DNA of 56,575 nucleotides, filler included, from Platydemus manokwari (Eukaryota): NCBI GenBank assembly GCA_037951405.1. It is 4 parts of 4 records of this genome, joined end to end, with 100 filler letters (N's around TTAATTAATTAA, not from the genome) between each part and the next. Parts side by side here need not be neighbours in the genome. Positions count along the whole stretch, not along the records: positions 20,490 to 34,771 come from JBBMOY011490306.1; positions 34,872 to 56,575 come from JBBMOY011322538.1; 2 more parts are not named here. One strand, 5' to 3'. Shown piece by piece: positions 27,060 to 38,077 of this stretch (position 1 is its first letter; each line of letters starts with the position of its first letter). The notes under the pieces were generated by a model. It saw only the letters and a program-made list of their open reading frames with translations, ran no database searches and was not told where the DNA came from. The position numbers and the translations under genes were made by a program.

Positions 27060-30000
27060 TTTCTTCCTGATAACGTTTACATAGATTTACATATACCCAC
27101 ATTTGCGATTTTTGATGCTCAGATCACTACGTTAGCGTCCGTTACTTTTCTCACAGTAAATGGTCCTTTAAAAGAGCGAGCTATCTTGGACGATAATCCC
27201 TTATACAGGTTTTTTGTTCTAGGATGACAAGGTCTCCCACTTTTAACAAATGTTCTTTCGTCCGCTGATTGTATCTTCCTTTAAATTTTTCTTACTGGTA
27301 TTGAGTATACAACTGAACTCTTGGCCATGCTCGGCTTACTTTCTCTTTCATTACTGTTACGTAATTCACTTCGTCCATCTGCTGTACCAGCGTTGGTTCG
27401 ATTTCCAAATCTACCGGCACATTGCTGGTGCGTAGATGCATTAAATAGAAGGATGAATATCCGGTCCCACTATGAGGTGTATTACTATACGCGAACCGGC
27501 AGGATGATAGATGTCCATCCTAATCATTCTATTTGTCGTTGGTGCAGCAAGCTAGCATATTGCCGAAAGTACCGCTGGGTCTCTCGCATTTCCCATTGGT
27601 TTGTGGGTGGTATACAGAAGTAGTCCGTTTCGTGATTCCGAAAAATTGGTTCACCTGGCCTTTGACTTGACTTAGGAACTAGATGAGTCTGTCGGTCAAC
27701 AACTTTTTCGGCACTTCAAATCGGAATATTATTTCCTTGACAAAAATGCGACCGATAGTGTCAGCAGTATGATTTGTGATTGCAAAGGCTTCGACCCATC
27801 GAGTAAGGTTGTCGAAAAACACTAAACCAAACTTATTCTCTTGTTTAGTAGTAGGTAACGGTCCTACAACGTCCATGATAATTATTTCTATAGAGGTGCC
27901 TGGAGTCGGCATCGCTTTCAATGATAGTCTAAATTTCTCCCTGTATTTCTCCAAGTTTGACATACTTTGCATGTGGTACACCATTCGTGTATGTCCTTCA
28001 TATTTAGCAAGTACTACTTCTGTCGTATGCGATTCAGGGTTTTCTTGGTAGAAAGATGTCCTAATAAAGTCCCGCTGTGGTACTTTAGGAGTACTAGGGC
28101 TTTGATTATTTTCATCGGCTTGATACTTCACCATTTCAGTTTGTATGATGAACCTTCCTAATTCACTCTTGATTTGTTTGGGATTTCTGGGCTCCGTAGT
28201 GTGGTCTACTTTTCTTACAACGTTTGACCATTGTTCCTTTTTATTTTCATCATTTTCACGATCTATAGTATATCATCATCTTCCTTTTGCAATGCTGCAT
28301 GTCGTACTGATTATTTAAAGTTTGGCTGGCCATAAGTATTGTTTCAAAAGTGGCTTTGTATTACGTGGCGTCTGCTCGCGATAATGCGTCGGCATTTCCG
28401 TTGGCTTCCCCTTTCCTACAGCATAACTTGATGTTGTTTTGCTGCAGCAATGAGTATTGAGGCTGTATCCCAATGTTGCAATAACCATTGTAAGGGCTTG
28501 TGGTCAGTAAACATGTGGATCTCGTCCATTTACAAATGTTCGGAATCTTTCTACATCGTAGACGATAGCAAGGGCTTATAATACTATTACTGCGTAATTT
28601 TTTTTAATGTTATTTTAACCCTAGGGTATCTTATATTTTTCTCTTTGAGCAGCTGGTCTTTTAGTAGATTGTTACTGTTCCAATTGGAACGGTTTATTCT
28701 TTTGTAGGATCGAGGTCAAGAGAAGAGCTATGGTATTTCCGGTAATAGTTAACTAGTCCCAGAAATTCTTGCACCCGCTTCACTGACATCTCATATCCTA
28801 GGTACTTGATTTCTAGCTTGGCACATTCGCATTTAGTGGGCTTTAAACTGACCTGTATTTCTATAACCTTCTATAGCACTCTCTCTATGGAGATACACGA
28901 GCAGATACTTACGTCGTCTATGTAGACAATTGCATGCTGTACGTCTATCAGAATGATATCCATCGCCCTCTGAAAAACGGTAAGTTGAAATTCCATAACT
29001 GTATACTCGTACAGTCCTTTGCCATCAGTGAAGGCGGTGATAGGTATAGATTCTTCGTCTGTTTCTATGTCATTGTAGCCCGTTTGTAGGTTTAAAGTGG
29101 GAAACAGGTTCGCTTCCAGAACTTGGTTAACCATGTCATCGATTAACGGCAGTATGTAGTTATTCTTCCTAGTTTGCTCGTTTACTTTCCGATAATCGAT
29201 GCACATGCGCATGGTGCCTTCCTTTATCTTTACTAGCCCAATAGGTGATCTACATGGTGAATTACTTGAGCGGATTCTACCCGGGTCTAACAAGGTCTGT
29301 ATCTGGATGGCTATCTCGCTTTCCATAGCAATGGGTGTTCGGTAGGCCCAGTGACAGATAGATTTACTAGTTCTATCTTATGTTTCATGATTTTACATTT
29401 TCCCAGGTCATTTTCATGCCTTGCGATCGACTCGGTATTTATTGAGTACTTCGGTCAGTTGCTTACATTGCTCTGGGATGATATCTTTACTTTCTATCTA
29501 CATGGGTTCATATAGCTTATCTTGGCCTAGGAACACTGTTTTGGCGTTGAAGACATCTACCTTCCCAAGTCTGGTGTTTGTATATAGTTTGATAGGACTA
29601 TTGTTAACGTTTGTGAATTGTATCGGGATTTTTCCGTCTGTCGCTGTGATTCCGCTTCCGAGGGGTACCGCATATAACTTGGTGAAATCTTGGCTTGATT
29701 CAAACATGAGTTCAGGTTCCACGTGGTTGGGGTGTGTTGGCGTAGTATGTAGTTTCGCAGACATAGATTTCCGTATCTCCTAGTCTCTTTAGTTCAGCTT
29801 CCCTGTACTGCAGTCATGTACAATGTCTTTTAATTGTTTTATTGCGTCTTGTACGATTACACAATGGGATGGTGCCTATGTCTATGCTCTAGCTTCAACG
29901 ATCAGAGTTTGGTTACAGATGTTAAGCCGGCCGGGCAATATTCCCAGTAAAGGCAGCTTGGTTCCATTGATTCAGACCATGGGTAACTTCTTTTCAGTCT

Positions 30001-30100
30001 TTTTGAGGCTTTTCATTTCTACATGGTTTACTATTTCGAGTCTAATGATGGTCTTATCAGATCAGGTGTCTATTAGTATCATAACGGAGTGACGGCTGAG
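27060..30100 (-). pseudogene. pol: Gypsy pol pseudogene (protease, RT, RNase H, integrase with GPY/F motif)
   Basis: PR: ILIDT*SDKTII (about 30060). RT: SPIGLVKIKEGTMRMCIDYRKVN and VYIDDV. RNase H: FTDHKPL and GEANGNADALSR. IN: MDVVGPLPTTKQENKFGLVFFDNLTRWVEAFAI...LLTD and KIARSFKGPFTV. The PR-RT-RH-IN order is diagnostic of Ty3/Gypsy. Confidence 0.95.
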
Positions 30101-30419
30101 TCTGATCCGCATTAGGCCGTTTCTCCCTGTAGCCAGGTATAATTACCTGGCTATAATAAGGTTAACTTAATCTACCAGTCCTCGTTGGTTCTGTCTTTTA
30201 ACCCTTAGTTCTTCCTCCTGATTATCGTACATTATCTGGAGTTTTTTCGCTTAGTTCTTGCAATTTCATATGTTCCTTATATCCTTTTTCCGTTTGGTCC
30301 TCTTATTTTACAGGCGGGTACTGTTCGATTTGGATTAGGCGGCATGAAGGTGCGCTAACCATAGACTGATGCTACTATACATCATTCATTCGTATCCGCG
30401 TTTAGCTGGATTTTCTCTA

Positions 30420-31375
30420 TTCAGCTGAGTATTCTTCATTACTTTCTTCATGCGCTGGTTCTGGTGGCTTCCAGATGGTGTGCTATTTCTTTTCCATCAT
30501 CGTCTGCATATTCTGAATTTCCTTCTGGTGTTGGCTGTGCATCGAATGGTCAGCGCATAATGCTACGAGAATTCTTTTGGTGCATCTGAAGGCTTTTTAT
30601 AATACGTATGTTGTCATTGCACGGCGAAACCGTACAGGTGACATAGATGCCTATGCATCCTGCGAAGATTGTCCCAAATGTCATGAAGCTTCTCCTGATT
30701 TTGTACATGACATTCACGTCGGCTTTTCTATAGCGTTCAGTAGTGAACAAGTTTTCATAGACTGTGCCTTTCGTGACTCATCCTGGTAGATTCGTCGGTT
30801 TATCTCGGTGATTCGTTGATCACGCAGTTGAGGAAACATTAAGGCTTTTTGTGCTTCTTCGATTTAAGATTGTATAGCCCCATATTTTCAAGTGAATTAA
30901 TCCGTCTTTATTAACGCGTCCTATTACACTAAGGTTTAGTATCTGCACCGTTAGCCAGGGTAATCCTCGTGATGATAATGTTATCCAAGCGTTCTTGATT
31001 TTGTTCAGTGGGGAGAAGAGTGGTGTACACGTTACTTTTGTAGGTTTAGCAATTGGCTCCATATATCTAGTCTTCCCTTGATAGGTGACTTTTGTGCATT
31101 CGTGTTTCTGGGCAATCACGACTTCGTCCTCAATGCAATGAAACTCATACCTTGCCATACTACTCCATTTCCATGATGATGGCTTGATTAAATCTGGATT
31201 TGATATTGCAATAGCAAACCTGTTTCGTTAAATTTTCCTGCCTAGTTGGTAGTTGGGTATTAGTGTTTCCTGGTACATTTTGAGTAACTGTGACTGGAGG
31301 TCGTGGTAGAGGAAGTCAACTTTATTTTCATGGAGCTGGGTAATTTGATGTCTTTCTCGTGAAATGTTTGTATGT
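30420..31375 (-). pseudogene. env: Chuvirus/herpes-gB-type (class III) envelope glycoprotein, C-terminal half, decayed
   Basis: Across frameshifts it reads NKVDFLYHDLQSQLLKMYQETL...RNRFAIAISNPD...YEFHCIEDEVVIAQKHEC..VTYQGKTRYMEP...VTCTPLFSPLNKIKNAWITL...SLENMGLY..IEEAQKALMFPQ...FMTFGTIFAGCIGIY...TYVL*KAFRCTKRILVALC. This is collinear with the motif series I recall for chuvirus-like glycoproteins (APD, C.P.EV..C, C.P..PP.Y, GIY...MFP, F..FG..SAG TM). Confidence 0.8.
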
Positions 31376-31418
31376 ATGATTTATTTTTATGTATGAATTT
31401 TTCGGGACGAAAAAACTT

Positions 31419-34278
31419 GAAAGAAGGGAAATGTCATGGGGAGCCAATTGGGCCATTTCGACCAAACCTAAAAGACAAAATAAAAATAAAAAGTTAATAT
31501 AATTTTTTTTAATTAGACTTACAACTCAAATACAGAAATATGTTTTAAACATTAAAACCATAAGGAAAACTGAAAAGAAACAAGAAAGTAAATCAAAATT
31601 AATTGGAAAAATAAGAAAGATAATAATATTCTCTCTAATAATTAGCTTAATGATATGGCCGGTAAAGGGTTTTAATGAAACTGATAAGGCCAACAAAACT
31701 AAATGATTTAGAGAAATAACAAAAAGTCTTAAGATCATGTAAACAATTGTACAGAAAAAGACTAAAATATAGCAAAGTATCGAGAATACATCCTTTATTA
31801 CAATAAAAAAAGATTGTGAAATCAGCGCAAGAAATAATGAAAGAATTTATTCTACCATATTTCATAACGATAGGAAATAATAGAGCAATGATACATTGTC
31901 AAAAAGTATGCAGTTGAAAAAAATAAGGGAATCAAGGAAATACAAGTTAAGAATGAGAAGAACAGAATAGAATTAGTAATAAAATGTCATCAAGGGCATG
32001 GTGAAAAATGCAAAAAGGAGAAATTAGAAGAGTTAACAATAATAGGAAAATCGGAAGAGTTAATAGAGCAAGAATGGAAAGTTAATTTTCTAGCAATAAC
32101 AGAGCTATCATATAGTAAACCAAAAACAATTGAAGTCATAGGAAATCTAAGAGCAATTATAAAAAGTCCAAAACCAAATAAGAACGAATGGATATTTAAA
32201 GATCCAAGAGCAAAAAGAGAACTAATAGGAGTTTCATGGAGACCATATACGAATAAAGTTTAGTATCATCTAACATTATTAACGAGATCTGTAGTAAAAA
32301 TAATAATAAACAATGAGAGTGAACTAAAACTGAATAATACCACATCATCTAAAGCACTTATATTACCAGAATTAGGAATTCAAAATGTGCTTAATCAATG
32401 AAGATAGAATAGTAATCAATATCCCTGAGTGAAAAAGAAAGAAAATAATTAATGATGAGAGCGAAATAGGAAATAGGAAGTGGAAGGAGATAATGAGTTA
32501 TAGACAAAAGGTGAATGAGTGTAAATGAATTAAAAGAAAGAACATCTAAGAATAAGAAAAAAAGCGATTCTATGGAAAAATGAATTAGAGTTAACAAGAA
32601 GATAAAGGGACAAAAATCTTAACGATAGAATTAAAATGATAGAAATTGTTGAAGAATGTGAGCAGCATACCAGGAACATAAAATAAGCATTAATAACCAG
32701 CATAGTTATAACACTCATTGCAATAATAGCAGCTTTGATAATAATGTATGCCAAAAGAAAGAGAAATAATAGTTCACCATCACCCATGACATTAAGAAGA
32801 ATGTTAAGAATAGCAACTTTAGTGACAACAAGGATAGTTTTACCTTGTGTTCAGATGTGTGAAAGTCCAGTGATGATGTTCAAATTTAACAACACTGGAA
32901 AGGAGGAATTAAAAATCTACAGCAAATATGGGGAATTGATGATTCTGAATAGCAAATATAAGCATGATAGAAACAAAGATTTTACCGTTCAACTTAAAAG
33001 GAATTGAAGGTTAATGGTGAAACAGAATGGCGAATATAAGATATTACGACACGCTAAAGCAGTATAGGAGCAGTTAGCATGTATAAGCTAAATTGTGGAA
33101 TTATTTATCAAATGGAAATAAGAAAAGGAAACGATATTATAATAGCAATAGCCCAGATACTCGAGTTGCCCAGAAAAAAATTTATAGAAAACCTTTGGGA
33201 TCAAATCAAAATTATCTGGGAGGAGTTGAAATGTTTCGAAGTAAGAGTACACCTGAATGAGCATCAATATAAGATAAATTTAATTGAAGGAGTCATCACC
33301 CAGAGTATTAATTTGAAAAAACCCACCAAATATATTTTTGATTTTATGAGGAAAACAATCCAAAAATCGTAATTAACAGAGAATAAGTAACATTAGAACC
33401 CCTTGTAACTAAAAGATCAATATAGAATTCTACCAGTAAAACGATAACAAAAATCATGAGAACAACAAATGATAAAATGACAATTTTAAGCAGTAAGAAA
33501 CCCTAAAATGAGTTCACTTTAAAAATCGTGTTAATAGAAGCATTGATGTCACTATCAAATATCCAGTAGAAGAGATACCCTTATAAACACCACAACAGAA
33601 ACATAATTTTTTACAAAATTGGCCCAAATCAGAATAAGAACAAAAAACAATCCGGAACCTGTAGAACCAGTTGATTTTTGGATACCCAGATCACTTGAGA
33701 ACAATCATCTCAAGACCACACCATTTATTGAAGAGAAAAATGAATTGTCATACGTAAGAATAAACCCTATCAATGATAAAGATAAAAAAATGCTCACAAT
33801 CTTGTTCGATGCCAAATATGCTATTGATTTTAATGGTAAGAAATATCCAACATAGATATCCTTGGGGGACCACAAAAGGAAGATATGTATGGAACTAACT
33901 GGTCCATTTTGACCAACAAAAATATAAAATAAATAGAAATAATAATATAAAAATTTTTTTAAAAACACAATAATATCCATAAATATTTTAAAATTTATTT
34001 TACTGCACCAAAATCTAATCGACACTAAGGCCATATGGAAAAACCGCATTGAAATTTAAAAATAGAACTTACCATGCACGGAAAAAAGAAATAACAACAC
34101 TAGTTGCTAAAAATAGACTAAAACTAAAAATAGTAACCTATGCCGTACATATGCTAAAATTAGCAACAAGACGCATGACTCCTATCCGTATACAAAACTG
34201 TATAAAAGCAGAAAGCAACTGACAATCATCACACAATTGCGACGCACTTTTTTTGACAAGATATTTTGCTGCGTGACA
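31419..34278 (+). mobile_element. Second LTR-element remnant: PPT + truncated LTR (31432-~31515), decayed glycoprotein-like ORF (~31545-33855), PPT + LTR (33886-34278)
   Basis: TTTCGGGACGAAA..GAAAGAAGGGAAA|TGTCATGG is a typical Gypsy 3' end plus PPT. A diverged direct repeat is TGTCATGGGGAGCCAATTGGGCCATTTCGACCAA versus TGTATGGAACTAACTGGTCCATTTTGACCAA. There is a TATAAAAG at 34201 and a terminal TGACA at 34278. The + strand is strongly A-rich and coding-like. Confidence 0.65.
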
Positions 34279-34698
34279 GTTTCAGTGTTCTAATGAGGTC
34301 CATTATCGGAAACAGTTAATTGTATGACAATGTTGAAGAAGTTTATACTCACTCTGTTCTGAAGAATTTTATTTGTGAAGATATTATGCATCCCAAGAGT
34401 AAATTTATTAATTGTTTAATTAAATCTAGACCCATGGATAGTTTTAGCCTTGTGGTTCGCTAAAAACTATAAGTTCAACTTTAAGCTCCCAACTTACATT
34501 TCTTTTCTTGAGAGACTTGCCCGAGCACCTAAGCGACACGACCCTTAATGTTACTTGACTACACTTTTACTTCCACAATAGCGAACACCGGCTTGTAGTA
34601 TTAAAAAATCCTTTGTTTAGATTATTAATTATTGTTGATTAATACATTTTATTTTGATATTTTTGCCTTAAATCATTGTATTTTATTTTGTTATCATA

Positions 34699-34732
34699 TA
34701 CCAGGTGTGTCGGTAATTCCTTTCCGGTTTTT
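34699..34732 (+). mobile_element. Mariner (mauritiana subfamily, Mboumar-like) left TIR; the rest of the element is lost in the adjacent gap
   Basis: TA-CCAGGTGTGTCGGTAATTCCTTTCCGGTTTTT, with the TA target site and the CCAGGTGT start shared with Mos1. Confidence 0.8.
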
Positions 34733-34771
34733 TCGCTAAACAAAAAAAAACAAAACACAAACAAAACAAAA

Positions 34772-34871
34772 NNNNNNNNNNNNNNNNNNNNNNNNNNNNN
34801 NNNNNNNNNNNNNNNTTAATTAATTAANNNNNNNNNNNNNNNNNNNNNNNNNNNNNNNNNNNNNNNNNNNN
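34772..34871. other. Scaffold gap with TTAATTAATTAA linker
   Basis: N44 + 12-mer + N44. Confidence 0.95.
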
Positions 34872-35295
34872 TTATGCAGACAACAAAAATTTTTTTAATA
34901 CAAATATTTAAACAAATACATTTAATTTTATATAAAATTAGAATTAAATTTAAATTAAATTTAAATTAAATTTGAATTCAAAATTTAATTCATTTAAAAT
35001 ATCTCACACCCTTCAAGAGTCTATTCCAGTTATAATTAATTTATCTATTACTCTAGTTGTACCCATGGAGAATCCATCAATTTTATATTTTCACGGTCGG
35101 ATTCACGGGGAATTTCCTCATCGGCATCATCATTATTATTAAAATTATCATCAAAAAAACCACCAGACAACCTTCACATTGTTTAAAACAAATTCCAATA
35201 TTTCGACATTAGGTTTATATAAAAGTTTGTGCATAAATACTAATCATTCAAGATGTGATCATCAGTTACCAGGCTTAACATTCCCAGTAGACTCC

Positions 35296-36000
35296 TCACA
35301 AAGGTATATAAGAAAGCGGTCAAACCGTATCTATTGAATCCGACCCTAACTGAAACACTAAAACATAAAATACAGATAAATATCTATAAGAATAAAAAGA
35401 ATTTTAAAAATATAAAAAATTTAAATTTAAGAAATTTTTACTTTCAACAGAAAAATTAAAAACAAATAAAATTAAAAATTTTACAAAAACTTATTTTAAA
35501 AATAAATAAAACAAAGATTTTGTTTATTCGCAACAAATTATTTTGTTTAGATCAAACCAAGATCAAACAAGAAAGAATTGCATAAATCTATTTTTAGCCA
35601 CTACGTCATTGCTAAAAATAATGTAGATCAATTTAGCTAAAATAGCTAAAAACAGTAGGCTGTTGCTAAATTTAGGCATGACGTCTAGAGTGTTTCTAAA
35701 TTTAGAAACAAAAGAGAACAAAAAATAAAAACACTAGAATGACGCATACGACCTACAAAATCAGTATATAAGAGCAAACAAATTTATTTTGATTGCACTT
35801 TATTTTACGCACTTTATCATACTCGCAGTCTATAATACGACTCGAAGCAATTTTACTATTTATTAACGAAGCAATTTTACTATTGAAGAAGCTATATTAA
35901 TCGGAAGAGACGTCACAACAGTATCAAGTTTGAGACAGTATTTATCTACGAAGGATTTCCGACTATTATCAAAGAAAACATTTTATATTTTGATCCATGA
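35296..36000 (+). repeat. LTR-like sequence related to 33871-34278
   Basis: Shared blocks are CACAAA(A)GG at the start, GCTAAAA repeats, GACGCAT, TACAAAA..GTATA(T)AA and ACGCACTTT. It also has an internal duplication of CGAAGCAATTTTACTATT. Confidence 0.4.
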
Positions 36001-37792
36001 TGAATAATTTTTTATATTTTTATTACGCGCCCACAGCTATTATTTGAAAAATATATTTATTGTGGTTTTTTGAAAATATAATTATTGTTTTGATGTATAA
36101 CATATAATTTATGTATTTTTATAATTTTTATTGATATTATATACAATTTTCGCATAAATAAATCAAAATCATTCAAGATTAAGAGTCAGATTCACTAAAG
36201 ATAAGATATAATCACAAAAAAACAATCACTAAATGTAAAAATATAGTCAAAGTTTGTCACTCATCCATGACTACCTTCCATCTGGATTGTAGACTTTGAT
36301 AGGAGGAGGCTGATTGAGGCAATTGATGCTTGATCTTCTGATATAAGGATGATGATAAAGATGATATTGCTGAGCTTGATTTCATTCTGTAACAACATAG
36401 TTTTTCAAATTTTTATTAATTTTTTTCCTTTTTTCTAAACCAAATAAGCTATGATAAAAATATTACAGCATTTACTAAATCATGTTAAGGATAAAATAAA
36501 ACAGTAACCAACCATTATCAATAATTTCCAAACAATATTATAAAGATGTATGTCAAATAAAGTCATTTATTATCAAGAATGTTAAAATTAAAAAGGTAGA
36601 ATTTTCATTTGTTGATTTTAATTGATTCTGATTAGTTATTCGTTGTCCAGTTTTCTCATTTTTAAGCTTTTCTTTCTCTAACTCTTGTGATTCTCTTTTA
36701 AAGACTTTTCATCATATCAATGTTTCTTGTTCTTTTGTTTCTATTTTGCTTTCATCCTCTTTTCATTATTCACCACATATTTCCTCATATTAGTTTCTCT
36801 ACTCCTCCTCACCGTCACCTTATCAGGATCTTTTCCCATTATTTAAATGTAGTTTTACTGGAAGATAACGATTAATTTTGATATTGATCGTGAAAATTTC
36901 AAGTAAAAAACCACGGGAAAATTAGTAACCTTTGATATCTATAAAGGCATCAACTGTTTACAAATTATTAAAGTCAAGATCAAAACGGTTATATCATTAA
37001 TGATCTCAAATAATAATCGAGATGAGTTAGATGGAAGACTAATTTAATAGCTTAGTCGAGCAAAGAAAAGTAAGGATAAAGAAATAAATAAACTGAATTC
37101 ATAAGAAGTTCACATTTGAGGAAACCTAAAATGGTCTGACAAAATAAACTTGTTGGTCTTATTGAAAGGAAATATTTGAATCTTTAGATATTTGGAGCTA
37201 ATCTTTCTTCCCATGTAATTTTATATTGCTGCTCAAAAAACGACATAATAAATTATAAAATCAAAATTTTATGATAAAACAGAACAAGAAATTCCAGTCG
37301 ATCTTTTATGTCAAAAATTTATCCATGATGAAATTATTTAATAATCAGATAATTCGGACAAATATTTCATAGTGACGTCATTGACACAACATTCATGTCG
37401 TGAGTTTGTTTTGATAGTTGATTTATTTAAAATAAAAATTATTCGATTTATTGAGATAGCGTTACTTAAACATAACTATTAATCCAACAGTAAAATCAAT
37501 TCAGTAAAACATTTCGAATACGAACTTTGTGTACTGAGAATTTTAAATATTTAGCCAATACGCTTTCGTTTGTTTTCAAAGACAGATAATTAAATATAAT
37601 AGAGGTTGCAACTTTAAAATATCGATTACTATTGGTTTAAGTGATTTCTCCATTAATAGCTTTAATTAACCGCATTGATTTATCACTTATAAATCTCTTA
37701 TAAACCGAAACGTTATTATTCGACTGATTTCGAAACACAAAACGTTACAAAACTCCTATTTAAAGATCAAATGTCGATTGATCGTTATTAAA

Positions 37793-38043
37793 ATGAAAAC
37801 ACAGCTTATCTTCATGATTCTCACAACCATTATTCAACTGGAAGCATGTTTTCGAACAAAATGTAAGCGTTTCAGCTGTGTTTTAACGATGAAATCAAAT
37901 ATAACACAGGTTATGAGACGGATGCTAAACCGGTCAATATCCACAACTTCTATAATTGCCAATGGTGCTGCAATCCAAAGAATTGCAAATGCGTTAATTT
38001 CTGCTTCATGCCGCTAAGTGAAGTTAAAGAATATAAATGTTAA
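37793..38043 (+). CDS. Small secreted cysteine-rich peptide, 67 aa; exons 37793-37862 and 37910-38043
   Basis: The product is MKTQLIFMILTTIIQLEA|CFRTKCYETDAKPVNIHNFYNCQWCCNPKNCKCVNFCFMPLSEVKEYKC*. A 47-nt GTAAG...ACAG phase-1 intron follows the signal exon. A TATA-like CTATTTAAAG lies about 30 nt upstream, and AATAAA is at 38071. Confidence 0.8.
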
Positions 38044-38064
38044 ACACGACAAACAACGTGAAGG

Positions 38065-38076
38065 TTTATTAATAAA
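38065..38076. terminator. Palindromic bidirectional polyadenylation signal TTTATTAATAAA
   Basis: It provides AATAAA on both strands within the 34-nt gap between two convergent stop codons. Confidence 0.55.
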
Positions 38077-38077
38077 A

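Larger units (their letters stand above)
26560..31375 (-). mobile_element. Decayed Ty3/Gypsy LTR-retrotransposon internal region with envelope-like sequences; no cognate LTRs or gag recognised
   Basis: The order on the minus strand is glycoprotein C-half, PR, RT, RNase H, IN, then a glycoprotein-like N-terminus. GC content is higher than in the flanks, and there are many stops and frameshifts. Confidence 0.92.

Noticed and set aside
26560-33855. Alternative genetic code as an explanation for in-frame stops in the element ORFs
   Set aside because: The stops are of all three types and come with frameshifts, while the host genes translate cleanly in the standard code. This is ordinary decay.
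37778-38017. 79-aa unspliced ORF from the track
   Set aside because: It reads through a canonical intron. The spliced Cys-rich product is far more coherent.
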